Under the pieces are notes generated by a model. The model did not search any database. It was given only the letters and a program-made list of their open reading frames with translations, and was not told where the DNA came from. Positions 25,988-35,694 of a stretch of 64,000 nt of DNA are shown piece by piece. The DNA comes from Rhodocyclaceae bacterium (GTDB lineage Bacteria; Pseudomonadota; Gammaproteobacteria; Burkholderiales; Ga0077523), in assembly GCA_020248405.1 (NCBI GenBank), contig JADCHQ010000005.1, positions 5,708-69,707 on the forward strand, written 5' to 3'. Numbering within the stretch: the stretch's first letter is position 1; each line of letters begins with the position of its first letter. Position numbers and translations under genes: made by a program.

Positions 25988-27955
25988 TCAACCCCGATGG
26001 CGGGCCATGGCGCGCGCCAGGAAACGCGTCGGCGCGAGCGCGCGCATCACGCCGGCAGCCACGGGCAGCGGCTCGCCGAAGGCCAGCGAGGCCACCAGTT
26101 CGCCGGCCAGGGGTGCCGTCACCAGCCCCCGCGAGCCGTGGGCCAGGGTGACGAACAGGCCTTGCAGCCACGGCGCTTCCCCCTCGAACGCGGTGGAGGC
26201 GTCCCTGGACAGCGCGGCGTAGCGCTGGCGAAACGCCGCCGCATCGGGCAGCGCGCCCACCAGCGGCAGATAGTCGGGCGAAGCACAGCGCAGCGCGGCC
26301 CGACCCGGCAGCATGACGGGGTCCAGCGCGTCGATGCCCGCCGCCGTCGCGAACGCAGGGCTGAGCGCCTCCAGCCGGGAGAGGTTGGCGGCCTGCTCGG
26401 CTGCGCGCACCCCGGCGTACGTGTCGCGGATCACGAAACTCGCGCCGGCGCAGTGCCAGCCCTCCCGGGCCGGCGCCACGTAGCTCTCCGCGCACAGCAC
26501 GGCGCGCAATTCGAGGCTGCGCGCCGTGGCTGGCACGTGGGTGATCTGGCCTCGGATGGCGTGCAGCGGCAGCCAGCCGGTGGCGGCAAAGGCGCGCGCA
26601 TCGGTTGCGTTGGCCAGTACCAGGGTGTCGGCCTCCAGCGCACCGGCCCCGGCCAGGCGCACCCGCCATCCGCCCCCGTCCAGCGCCTCGAAGTCCAGCG
26701 CCTCGGTGCACGTCACCACCCGGATGCGCGGCGACTCGGCCAGCGCCCGGCAAAGCGCAGGCGGATGCACCCAGCCCGCCTCGCCGAACCACAGGCCGCC
26801 GCGATCCACCCCCACGCCGGCCAGCCGTTGCGCCTCGGCGGCATCCACGGCGCGCAGGAAGCCTGGCGGCCAGGCCTGCGCCGCCAGCTGCGCCTGCCGC
26901 CGTCCATCGGCCTCGTCCTCCGGCAACTGAAGCACGCCGCAGGGCGACCACACGCGACCATCCGCGGGCAGGCGCGCGCGCAACAGCCGCGCGCTGAAGG
27001 ACAGGCCATCGGCCAGCAGGCGCGACAGTGCCGTGCCGTGAGGCGAGAGCCGGGCGTAGAGCACGCCCTGGGCATTGCCCGAGGCCTCGGCGGCAAGCCC
27101 GCCATGACGCTCGAGCAGCGTCACCGAGGTGCCGCGGGCGGCGAGGCCGGCGGCGGCGGCGGCGCCCGCGAGGCCGCCGCCCACCACGACGGCGCGGCGC
27201 GCGCCGTGCGAAGGGGGACGCGCAAGCCAGGGCGGCTGCACCGGCCTCGGTTGCGGCGCCACGCATCTCGCCACGCTCATCTCGCGCTTGCCCGCGAAAC
27301 CAGGCGCGCGGCGCACCTCGAAGCCGGCCGACTCCAACGCCCTGCGCACCGCGCCCGCGCTCGACCAGGTGGCCGCAGTGGTGCCCGGGCGCGACAGGGA
27401 GGACACGGTGCTCATGAGGGCTTCGCCCCAAAGCTCGGGATTGCGGTCGGGCGCGAAACCATCCAGGAACCACGCATCCACTGTGGCGTCCAGATCGGCC
27501 AGGGTGCGGCGCGCGTCGCCCGCCAGCAGCGTGAGCGCCACGCGACCGCCATGGAAGTGCATGCGGTGCCAGCCCTGCGGCAGCGCGCCCATGCTGGCGC
27601 GCAGGGCCGTCGCCTCGCGCGCCAGCGCAGGCCACGCGGCGTGGACGCGCGACAGGTCGGCCCCCTCCAGCGGATGCAGCTCCGTGCTGACGAAGTGCAG
27701 GCGCGCCCCCGCCGGCGCGAGCGCTGCGAAGGCCTGCCAGGCGCACAGGAAGGACAGGCCGGTGCCAAAGCCCGTCTCGCCCACGGTGAAAACTTCGCCC
27801 TCGCGCAGCGCCGCGAAGCGCGCCGGCAGGGCATTGCCGTCGAGGAACACGTGGCGCGCCTGGCCCAGCGCACCGTCGCGGGCGTGATACACATCGCCGT
27901 AGCGTCGCGACCAGGGCAGCCCGTCGCGCCACTCGAGCAGGGGATCGGAGTCCAT
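25988..27955 (-). CDS. mnmC: bifunctional tRNA (mnm5s2U34) methyltransferase / FAD-dependent cmnm5s2U34 oxidoreductase
   Basis: N-terminal MnmD-like domain (VGETGFGTGLSF, DAWFLDGFAP). C-terminal DAO-type FAD domain (VVGGGLAGAAAA). 655 aa. Confidence 0.9.
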   Translation of the reverse strand: MDSDPLLEWRDGLPWSRRYGDVYHARDGALGQARHVFLDGNALPARFAALREGEVFTVGETGFGTGLSFLCAWQAFAALAPAGARLHFVSTELHPLEGADLSRVHAAWPALAREATALRASMGALPQGWHRMHFHGGRVALTLLAGDARRTLADLDATVDAWFLDGFAPDRNPELWGEALMSTVSSLSRPGTTAATWSSAGAVRRALESAGFEVRRAPGFAGKREMSVARCVAPQPRPVQPPWLARPPSHGARRAVVVGGGLAGAAAAAGLAARGTSVTLLERHGGLAAEASGNAQGVLYARLSPHGTALSRLLADGLSFSARLLRARLPADGRVWSPCGVLQLPEDEADGRRQAQLAAQAWPPGFLRAVDAAEAQRLAGVGVDRGGLWFGEAGWVHPPALCRALAESPRIRVVTCTEALDFEALDGGGWRVRLAGAGALEADTLVLANATDARAFAATGWLPLHAIRGQITHVPATARSLELRAVLCAESYVAPAREGWHCAGASFVIRDTYAGVRAAEQAANLSRLEALSPAFATAAGIDALDPVMLPGRAALRCASPDYLPLVGALPDAAAFRQRYAALSRDASTAFEGEAPWLQGLFVTLAHGSRGLVTAPLAGELVASLAFGEPLPVAAGVMRALAPTRFLARAMARHRG

Positions 27956-28050
27956 GGGGCGGCCCGGAGTGCGGGCCCGGGAGGGGCTGGCGCCAGGATA
28001 GCGCGGGCACGCGGCCCGCCGGTATGCTCGACCCCGGGAGGAATCACGCC

Positions 28051-28659
28051 ATGCAAAGCTGGTCGGTCGCCATCGTGCTGTTCGACGACGTGGAAGTGCT
28101 CGATTTCGCCGGGCCCTTCGAGGTGTTCTCGCGCACGCGCCTCGAACCCGGCGCGGCCTCGCGCCGCAGCGAGGACTCGGCGCCCTTCCGGGTGTTCACG
28201 GTGGCGGCCGAGCGCGCACCGGTGCGCGCTACCGGCGGGCTGGTGGTGCTGCCCGACCACGGTTTCGAGGACGCGCCGGCCATCGACCTGCTGGTGGTGC
28301 CGGGGGGCTTCGGCACCCGGGCGCTCATGAAGGACGCGCGCGCCCTGGCATGGATCCGCGGCCGGGCGGCGGCGGCACGGCGCGTGGCCTCGGTGTGCAC
28401 CGGCTCGCTGGTGCTGGCGGAGGCCGGACTGCTGGACGGCCGTCGCGCCACCACTCACTGGGCCGCGCTAGACCTGCTGGAGAGCCTCGGCCGAGAAATC
28501 CGGGTGGAACGGGAGGCCCGCGTGGTGGACGATGGCGTGATCAGCTCCGCCGGCGTGGCCTCGGGCATGGACATGGCCTTCGCCATCGTGGAGCAGCACT
28601 GCGGGGCGGCGGTGGCGGACGACACCGCGAAGTACATCGAGTACCGCCGCAACGTCTGA
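28051..28659 (+). CDS. DJ-1/PfpI family protein
   Basis: The ATG at 28051 is preceded by GGGAGGA. Motifs VAIVLFDDVEVLDFAGPFEVF, the nucleophile-elbow context SVCTGSLVLAEAGLL, and THW. Confidence 0.85.
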   Translation: MQSWSVAIVLFDDVEVLDFAGPFEVFSRTRLEPGAASRRSEDSAPFRVFTVAAERAPVRATGGLVVLPDHGFEDAPAIDLLVVPGGFGTRALMKDARALAWIRGRAAAARRVASVCTGSLVLAEAGLLDGRRATTHWAALDLLESLGREIRVEREARVVDDGVISSAGVASGMDMAFAIVEQHCGAAVADDTAKYIEYRRNV

Positions 28660-28717
28660 GCCACGGCCGGGGACCGCGCCGGGCCGCCGCGGGTCCTGCC
28701 GGGAATCCCCGCGCCCT

Positions 28718-29140
28718 TCAGCGCGGCCCGCCGGCCTGGCGCAGGGCGCGCGCCTGCAGGGCGGGACGTACGCGCAGGAAGCCCTGGTAGGCCATTTCCA
28801 GCAGCCAGGGCGCCGGCGGCACCGAGGCGAGGCGGGCGAGCCACCGCCAGCCGGGCATGCGCTTCCAGAGTGCGATGAACGCACGCGCCCCCGATACCAC
28901 CGTGCCGTCGGGCTCCACCACGTGCATACGGGCCAGCGCCGCTCGCCGGTGGATGCCGCAGCCGAGATCCCCCTCGGGGGCGGCCGACACGTCCGCGAAG
29001 CGCACGGGCGCCACGGGAGACAGCCCCCGATAGTGGGCAATCTCCCGGGCGCACAGGGGGCAGGCACCGTCGTAGAGGACCAGAAGGGCGTCCGCGGCCT
29101 CCACCGCGGCGGCGTGCGGCGTCAGGCCTTCTTCGCCCAC
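28718..29140 (-). CDS. thiol-disulfide oxidoreductase DCC family protein (DUF393)
   Basis: Motif LVLYDGACPLCAREIAHY. There is no upstream ATG. The GTG at 29140 (alternative 29149) overlaps the 3' end of the HiPIP gene. Confidence 0.7.
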   Translation of the reverse strand: MGEEGLTPHAAAVEAADALLVLYDGACPLCAREIAHYRGLSPVAPVRFADVSAAPEGDLGCGIHRRAALARMHVVEPDGTVVSGARAFIALWKRMPGWRWLARLASVPPAPWLLEMAYQGFLRVRPALQARALRQAGGPR

Positions 29141-29448
29141 GCGCTGCACCAGCCCTTGCCCGCCACCTGACGACCAGCGAAGAGCGGACAGCCGCCCCAG
29201 GCATCCGAGGCCTTGCCCTGGAACAGCGCACAGTTGGAACACTGCTGCTGGGCGGTGTGCTTCGGGAACTTGGCAGCATCCACCTTGGTGGTGTCGTGCC
29301 GGTAGCCCAGGCCCACGGCCTGGGGATCCTTCTCGTCGAGCTTCGCGCCCTGGGCACGGGCCGATGCGCTGACCAGCCCCGAGGCGACGGCCAGCGCGGA
29401 CGCACCCGCCCCAAGAAAGCGGCGGCGTTGGCGGAGGGAGTGTTGCAT
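29122..29448 (-). CDS. high-potential iron-sulfur protein (HiPIP) with Tat signal
   Basis: Twin-arginine leader MQHSLRQRRRFLGAGASALA. The four Cys are in HiPIP spacing (QCSNCALF...GGCPLF...GWCSAW). Confidence 0.85.
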   Translation of the reverse strand: MQHSLRQRRRFLGAGASALAVASGLVSASARAQGAKLDEKDPQAVGLGYRHDTTKVDAAKFPKHTAQQQCSNCALFQGKASDAWGGCPLFAGRQVAGKGWCSAWAKKA

Positions 29449-29645
29449 GGATGTTTCTCCTGATAAGTTGGGAACGCGTGTTGCAGACCACAGTCGGCGG
29501 CGGGGGTTCGCCGAAACGGGCCGCCGCGGGTACGCAACCGGCACCGCGGGTGGACAAGCCCGTTCGTCCAGGCCGTGCCACGGGGATGCACGCGCAGTTG
29601 CCACGCATGCGTGGTTGGCATCGACTTGCGCCGGAGGGATACTCC

Positions 29646-30863
29646 ATGCGCCAACATCCGGAGCAGCCAACCATGAAGCGACGCGACTTGCTGGCGCTTG
29701 GCGCCGGCGCCCTGGCGGGCTTCCCAGCCCGTGCCCTGCCGCAGACGGTGCGAATGCCGAGGGTGCGGCGCACCGTGCGCCTGGGCCGCACCAACCTGCA
29801 GGTGTCCGACATTTCCTTCGGTTCCGCCAGCACCACCGATCCGGCGGTGGTGCGCCATGCCTTCGACCGCGGCGTGAACTACTTCGACACCGCCGAGAGC
29901 TACCGCTGGGGCGGCGCCGAGGAGGCCTTCGGTGAGGCGCTCGCGCCGGTGCGCAACCAGGTGATCATCGCCACCAAGACCAAGGCCGGTGCCACCGACA
30001 CCCGCAGGGACATGATGAAGGCCCTGGAGGGCAGCCTGAGGCGGCTGCGCACCGACCGCATCGACGTGTATTTCAACCATGCGGTGGATGACGTGGCGCG
30101 CATGCGCAACCCCGAGTGGCGCGAGTTCACCGATCTGGCCAGGCGCCAGGGCAAGATCCGCTTCCGCGGCATGTCCGGCCACGGCGGCGAACTGGTGCGC
30201 TGCATCGACTATGCCCTGGATCAGGACCTGGTGGACGTGGTGCTGGCCGCCTATTCCTTCGCCCAGGACCCCTCCTTCGCCGACAAGCTGCGCCACACCT
30301 TTCACTGGGCGGCCATCCAGCCCGGCATCCCGCGCGTGCTGGAGAAAGCCCGTCGCAAGGACGTGGGCGTGCTGGCCATGAAGACCCTCATGGGCGGGCG
30401 CATGAATGATCTTCGGCCCTTCGAGCAGTCCGGCGGCTCGTTCTCCCAGGCGGCCCTGCGCTGGGTGCTGTCCAGCCCGAATGTGGACGCGGCGCTCATC
30501 TCGATGACCTCAGTGCAGGAGGTGGACGAGTACCTGGGCGCCTCCGGCGCGGCCCGAGTGTCGGCCCGCGACCTGGACCTGCTGGCCCGCTACGCCGAGG
30601 CGCGGGTGGGCAGCTACTGCCTGCCCGGATGCGGCGCGTGCGCCGAGAGCTGCCCCGCCGGCGTGCCCATCGCCGAGGTGCTGCGCACCCGCATGTACGC
30701 CGTGGACTATGCCGACCCGGTGCTGGCGCGCCACGAGTACGCGGCCCTCGAGGCCGATGCCGGCGCGTGCCTGTCGTGCACCGGCCAGCCCTGTCTGGGC
30801 GCCTGCCCGGCCACGGTGCCCATCGCCGCCTTCACGCGCCAGGCGGCCGCCATGCTTTCCTGA
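29646..30863 (+). CDS. Tat-signal aldo/keto reductase with C-terminal Cys-rich (Fe-S-type) region
   Basis: Leader MRQHPEQPTMKRRDLLALGAGALAG (alternative ATG at 29673). AKR core (FDTAESYRWGGAEEAFG, IDVYFNH). C-terminal CLPGCGACAESCP and CLSCTGQPCLGACP. Confidence 0.85.
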   Translation: MRQHPEQPTMKRRDLLALGAGALAGFPARALPQTVRMPRVRRTVRLGRTNLQVSDISFGSASTTDPAVVRHAFDRGVNYFDTAESYRWGGAEEAFGEALAPVRNQVIIATKTKAGATDTRRDMMKALEGSLRRLRTDRIDVYFNHAVDDVARMRNPEWREFTDLARRQGKIRFRGMSGHGGELVRCIDYALDQDLVDVVLAAYSFAQDPSFADKLRHTFHWAAIQPGIPRVLEKARRKDVGVLAMKTLMGGRMNDLRPFEQSGGSFSQAALRWVLSSPNVDAALISMTSVQEVDEYLGASGAARVSARDLDLLARYAEARVGSYCLPGCGACAESCPAGVPIAEVLRTRMYAVDYADPVLARHEYAALEADAGACLSCTGQPCLGACPATVPIAAFTRQAAAMLS

Positions 30864-30876
30864 AGGGGCTGTGCCC

Positions 30877-31314
30877 ATGCGCGTGTTTCTCGCCCATTTC
30901 CTGTTCGTCCTGGCAGCCTGGACGCTGCTCATCAAGTTTCTTTTTCCGGTGGTCTGGTCGGTGGCTTATGGCGAGCCGCTGCTGGCGCACGTGATGTGGG
31001 ATTTCTGGTGGGTGGCGCACCTGTGGCTGGGCTGGGCGCTGCTGCGGCGTCCCTCCTACCTTGAAGTCCTGGCGTGGCTGGTGGCCGTCACCGAGATCGT
31101 GATCGTGGTGACCAAGTTCGCCCTGTTCCTGCCGGACCCGCAGTGGACGATCTGGCGCACCAACTGGTTCATCAACAAGGTGTTCGTGCTGGCAGTGTTC
31201 GTCCTGATGGCAGGCTGGCTGGTGCGCGGCCTGCTTGTCCGCGAGCCTGTGAAGGGGGTGCTGCCGACCCCGGCCGCGCCCGCAGCCACCCACGCGGGAA
31301 CGGGCGCGCGATAG
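30877..31314 (+). CDS. hypothetical 4-TM membrane protein
   Basis: 145 aa, Trp-rich hydrophobic helices. It starts 14 nt after the AKR stop. I recognise no family. Confidence 0.6.
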   Translation: MRVFLAHFLFVLAAWTLLIKFLFPVVWSVAYGEPLLAHVMWDFWWVAHLWLGWALLRRPSYLEVLAWLVAVTEIVIVVTKFALFLPDPQWTIWRTNWFINKVFVLAVFVLMAGWLVRGLLVREPVKGVLPTPAAPAATHAGTGAR

Positions 31315-31324
31315 CATCCGCGTC

Positions 31325-31807
31325 ATGAACCAGACCGTTTCCACCCGCTGCTGGTGCAAGGTGCTGTGCGCGGTGGCAGCCGTCGCGGCGCTGTGCATGC
31401 CGGCTTCGGCAGCGGCCTGCGCACGAATCTCGCGCTTGGACTCCTTTGGCCGGGGTGACGTCCTGCGGGTCACCCGCGAGGAGGGTGCCTGCGTTGTTAC
31501 CGTGCGGCACCGGCACGGCATTGGCGCCGTGCGCCTCACCAGCCTGGCTCCGGTGCAGGACCTGCGGCTACGGTTCGACGGTTTTCCCGAGCTTGAAAGC
31601 CTCGTCCTCTCCTCTCCGGGCGGCAGGCTGCTGTGCGAAGTGAACCGCTCTGCTGCCACAGTTGTCGCTCGCCGCTGCCTGCTCAATGGCGCTCAGGTGT
31701 CGGCGCTGCGGCCCGTCGCCGGCGGGTTCGAGTTGACCGTTCCCGCCGATCTTGTGCCCGTGGCTGGCAATCGCCTCGAAGTGCACTGGACTGACTTCTG
31801 GCGCTGA
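31325..31807 (+). CDS. hypothetical secreted protein or lipoprotein
   Basis: The N-terminal hydrophobic segment KVLCAVAAVAALCMPASAAAC suggests export. I recognise no family, and coding quality is moderate. Confidence 0.5.
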   Translation: MNQTVSTRCWCKVLCAVAAVAALCMPASAAACARISRLDSFGRGDVLRVTREEGACVVTVRHRHGIGAVRLTSLAPVQDLRLRFDGFPELESLVLSSPGGRLLCEVNRSAATVVARRCLLNGAQVSALRPVAGGFELTVPADLVPVAGNRLEVHWTDFWR

Positions 31808-31873
31808 AGGGTTGAACCGCTGCGCTGGCAAGCCGCACCATCGGGTAAACGCAAAGCCCGCGGGGAGCACTGC

Positions 31874-34800
31874 GTGGTCATGAGACGCACGGCTGTGTGG
31901 TTCGCCGCCCGAGGCCGCCGGTGGATGTGGCGGCTGGCCGCGCTGCTGGCAGTCCCGGTCCTCGCCTTACTCCTGCTGCTGGGAACGGCGCCGCTGTGGA
32001 TAGACACGCCACTGGTGCGCGAACGGGTGGCGGCGATGGTGGTTGATCTCACGGGCGGGCGCGCCCGTTGGGATGGCGTGGACCTGCACTACTTCCCAAG
32101 ACCGAGCGTGACACTGCGCCAGCTCTCCCTGACGCTGCCGCCCCGCGCGGACTTCGAGGTCCATGCGGTCACGGTGGAACTGGAATGGCTGCCGTTGCTG
32201 CGGGGCAGCGTTCGCCCCGGCCGCCTGCGATTGGACTCTCCACGGCTGCGCGTGCAACTGTCACCGGCAGACCCGGCGGCGGCACCACCCACCGTGGTGG
32301 GCATTCGCAACGCCATTCGCCGCGCCGTGGAGGCGCTGTTCGAAAACGCCCCCTCCAGCCAAGTGGAACTGGCCGCCGGCGAGGTTTACGTGCTCACGGG
32401 CGCCGGCATGCCGCTGCAGTTCACCCGCATCTCCCTGGAAGGCCGCGTGGCGGGCGGGCGCCTCGACGTGAAGGCCTCGCTGTCATCACCGTTGTTTCGC
32501 GAACTCGCCCTGCAAGCGCGCATCCATCGCACCGGGCTGAAGGGGGAGGGTCAAGCGCAACTGACCGGGCTGCAGCTCGCTTCATTGGGTTCCTTCGCGG
32601 CATCGGCCGCCCTGTCTCCCGGGGCCCGCCTGTCCCTGGAGCCGGCGGCGGGCCGCGTCGATCTGGAGTGGCGACTGGAGGGCGCCAACGCTCTTTCGGC
32701 GAACGTGCGCGCGACGGTTCCAGCACTCGCGGTGCGGCGCGGCGCGGGACGACTGGAAGTGAGCGGCCTCGGCCTCGACGCCCGTGCGAGCCTGCTAGGC
32801 GAGGCGCTGGAGGTGGAGCTATCGCGCGCGGTATCCATGCGGCCGGGAATCGAGGCCAAGGGACGATTGGCCTTCGCGCCCGGCACCGGCTGGCGCGCCT
32901 CCCTCGACCTTGCACGCCTGGACGCCGGTGAGGCGCAGGCGCTCGTCGCAGGCCTCCTGCCGGGCGTCCCAGCGATTGCCCGGCCCGTGGCGCAGCTTCA
33001 GGCGGGCAGCGTGATCACCGCTTCGCTTGCCTCGGCTGGTGCGACCTTGGCGGCACTCGCCAACCTGCGATCCGTGAAGGCAGCGGCCCATATGGAAAGC
33101 GGGGCGGTTCGAGTGGCGGCAGCCGATCTGGCAGTGCGCGATATTCGCATTCGCGCGCGGCTGGTGGATGGCGCGCTGCAGGTGGACGACCTGGCGGCGC
33201 GCACCCGCGCCGGAGAGGTCACGGGCGGCACCTTCCACATGAACCTGACTGCGAATCCCGTCTCCCTGGAGGGCAGCGCCGCGGGCCGGCTGGACCTGGA
33301 GGGCACGCTGGCGCTGGCCAGGCGAGTGCTCGACCCTGCCGGCGGGGCCGCGCGCGAACTGCGGCGCCTGCGTGAACTGCGGGGAAGCGCGAGGTTCGCC
33401 GTCGCGCTCGCCGGCAAGGCGAGCCGGCCACGGGCGCGGGTGGACCTGTCGGCGCTGCACGCCACCGGCCGCGTGGACGGGCTGCCGCTCCCCATCGCCC
33501 TCACCGGCGGACTCGCCACCCTGGAGGGCCCGCGGCTCCAGGTACGCGGGCTGGCGGGCAGCGTGGGTCGATCGCGGCTTCAAGACGCGTCTGCCCGCCT
33601 CACCCTCGGGCGCCAGGGCCGCCTGGAGTCGGCCTCGGCCAGTGCTGTCATCGATGTGGAGGAGGCCCTGGCGCTGGCCCGGGCACAGCCAGCCCTGGCC
33701 GGCAAGCTGTCACAGGTGCAGAGCGCCTCGGGCGAACTGGCGTTGAAGCTCGAAAGCGCCACTGGGCCGCTGGCCGATGCGCGTGCGCTGCGATACGTGC
33801 TCACAGCCGTCCCGCGCCGGGCCGTGGTGACTCTGCCAGCACTCGGAGCCCCTCTCACCCTCGACGGCGGCCGGGTGACGCTGGCCCCGGGCGCCTTGGC
33901 CGCCACAGACGTGACGGCCAGCCTGCGCGATGCCGCGCTTCGGGTGGGGGGCCGCATTCCCTTGCCCATGGGGCCGGCGGGCGGACTGCAGCTCGACGCC
34001 TCGGGCAGTATTGGTCCGGAACTGCTGGAGTGGACTTACACCCGTGCGCAGCTGCCGGAAGCCGCGCGCCTTCCCAGAGCGCTCGCCGTGGAATCGTTGG
34101 CGCTCCGGTGGCGCGAGGCGGACGCGTTCGAGGTGCGCGGCAGCGTGCAGCCGGCCGGGGGGCCGGGTGCGGTCTTCCACCTGCGCCGCGCAGGCCGGCG
34201 GGTGGAGTTGCGCTCCCTGGCGCTGCGCGATGCCCACTCCGACTGCACCGTTGGCGGCAGCCTGGAGGGATCCCGGTTCGAAGTGCGCTTCGACGGCCAC
34301 GTGGCCGGGCGCTCGCTGGCGGGACTGCTGCGTCGTCCCGAGCTCGCCGGCGCACTGGTGCGCGGCCGCTTCGAGGCGAGCGGCGACTGGACCAACCCCG
34401 CCAGCACCCGCGCAGAAGGCGGCCTGGAGGTGACCCAGGTGCCGGTATCCGCGCCGTCGGCCCAGGCGTTGGTGGTGGAACGCGCCCGCGTGGAGGCCAC
34501 GCCGGAGCGCCTGCGTATCCCGGCAGCGGTGTTGCGGCTGGGCGCCGCGCGGGTGGACGTGGAGGCGAGCCTCACGCGCACAACGCGAAAGTTCATGCTG
34601 GACGCCTCGGTCCGCGGCGACGAACTGGACCTGCGTCACCCCCCCAGAGCCACCGGAACCGCTGGGGCGCCAGCCGAGCCGCAGGCCGGCGGCGCACCGG
34701 CGGCCAACCCGCGAGCATCCCCCTGGGAGACGCTGTTCGCGGCCCTGGATCGCGTGCCGGTATCGGGAAGGGTGCAGGTGGCCTTCGCACGGGTGCTGGC

Positions 34801-35638
34801 CAACCGGATCGAGGTGGCCCCGCTGGAAGCGGCCGCATCGCTGGAAGACGGACGGCTGGACGTGGATATCCGCCGGGCAGCCCTGTGCGGGATCAGCGTG
34901 GCGGGCAGCCTGTGGGCCCGCCGGGGTCTTGCGGGCACCAAAGGCACGCTGAGCGCGCGCGGTGCCGCTCTGGATGCCACCCTGCCCTGCCTTACGGATG
35001 GCCGGTTGCGCTTCGCGGGAAAACTCGACCTGGACGGCACCTTCTCGGCCCAGGGCGCCCCCGGCGCCATCATGGACAACCTCAACGGAAGCTTCCGCGC
35101 CGTGTCCCGCGAGGGTCGCATCGACCGGTTCGAGGCCCTCGCGCGGCTGCTGCGGCTGCTCAACCTCACCGAGGTGGTGCGCGGTCAGGTGCCGGACCTG
35201 GCCAGCGGCGGCATGAGCTATCGCAGCGCCGCCGTGACCGGGCGCATCCGCGGGCGGGTGTTGCACCTGGACGAAGGCATTCTCGATGCCGAGACGGTGA
35301 AGATCGTGGGCGAGGGCAGCCTCGACACCCGCAGCGGCGCCCTGACGGCAAACGTGCTGGCGGCACCGCTTCAGACCGCCAACTGGCTGGTGGACAAGAT
35401 TCCCCTGGTGCGCCGCATCTTCGGCGGCACGGTGCTGGCCATTCCGGCGCAGGTGAGCGGCACGGTGAAGAACCCGGTGGTGGTGCCGCTGGGGCCCCGC
35501 GCCGTGGGGTCGCGCGCAACCCAGCTGCTGGCCAACACACTGCGCCTGCCGGTGGACGTGCTCAAGATGCTGGAGCCCAAAAATGCGCCGCCGGTGAGCA
35601 ACGAAACGCAGAAGGACGAAACAGCCCGGCCGCCCTGA
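31874..35638 (+). CDS. AsmA/YhdP-like large envelope protein (AsmA-like C-terminal region)
   Basis: 1254 aa with an N-terminal TM anchor (WRLAALLAVPVLALLLLL). The body is repetitive and beta-rich. The C-terminus is LNLTEVVRGQVPDLASGGMSYRSAAVTG...VKIVGEGSLD...IPAQVSGTVKNPVV, typical of AsmA-like proteins. The start is the GTG at 31874 or the ATG at 31880. Confidence 0.8.
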   Translation: MVMRRTAVWFAARGRRWMWRLAALLAVPVLALLLLLGTAPLWIDTPLVRERVAAMVVDLTGGRARWDGVDLHYFPRPSVTLRQLSLTLPPRADFEVHAVTVELEWLPLLRGSVRPGRLRLDSPRLRVQLSPADPAAAPPTVVGIRNAIRRAVEALFENAPSSQVELAAGEVYVLTGAGMPLQFTRISLEGRVAGGRLDVKASLSSPLFRELALQARIHRTGLKGEGQAQLTGLQLASLGSFAASAALSPGARLSLEPAAGRVDLEWRLEGANALSANVRATVPALAVRRGAGRLEVSGLGLDARASLLGEALEVELSRAVSMRPGIEAKGRLAFAPGTGWRASLDLARLDAGEAQALVAGLLPGVPAIARPVAQLQAGSVITASLASAGATLAALANLRSVKAAAHMESGAVRVAAADLAVRDIRIRARLVDGALQVDDLAARTRAGEVTGGTFHMNLTANPVSLEGSAAGRLDLEGTLALARRVLDPAGGAARELRRLRELRGSARFAVALAGKASRPRARVDLSALHATGRVDGLPLPIALTGGLATLEGPRLQVRGLAGSVGRSRLQDASARLTLGRQGRLESASASAVIDVEEALALARAQPALAGKLSQVQSASGELALKLESATGPLADARALRYVLTAVPRRAVVTLPALGAPLTLDGGRVTLAPGALAATDVTASLRDAALRVGGRIPLPMGPAGGLQLDASGSIGPELLEWTYTRAQLPEAARLPRALAVESLALRWREADAFEVRGSVQPAGGPGAVFHLRRAGRRVELRSLALRDAHSDCTVGGSLEGSRFEVRFDGHVAGRSLAGLLRRPELAGALVRGRFEASGDWTNPASTRAEGGLEVTQVPVSAPSAQALVVERARVEATPERLRIPAAVLRLGAARVDVEASLTRTTRKFMLDASVRGDELDLRHPPRATGTAGAPAEPQAGGAPAANPRASPWETLFAALDRVPVSGRVQVAFARVLANRIEVAPLEAAASLEDGRLDVDIRRAALCGISVAGSLWARRGLAGTKGTLSARGAALDATLPCLTDGRLRFAGKLDLDGTFSAQGAPGAIMDNLNGSFRAVSREGRIDRFEALARLLRLLNLTEVVRGQVPDLASGGMSYRSAAVTGRIRGRVLHLDEGILDAETVKIVGEGSLDTRSGALTANVLAAPLQTANWLVDKIPLVRRIFGGTVLAIPAQVSGTVKNPVVVPLGPRAVGSRATQLLANTLRLPVDVLKMLEPKNAPPVSNETQKDETARPP

Positions 35639-35694
35639 CCGGCAAGGCAGGCCGCCGCCGCCAGGCACGGCCGCCTTCGTGCCGCCAGAGCACC

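Noticed and set aside
23624-28330. 1568-aa plus-strand ORF, the longest in the track
   Set aside because: It is extremely Arg/Ala/Gly/Pro-rich with no recognisable motif. It runs out of frame through the MarC gene and antisense through the well-supported DUF2252 and mnmC genes. This is a typical stop-codon-poor artefact of roughly 70% GC DNA.
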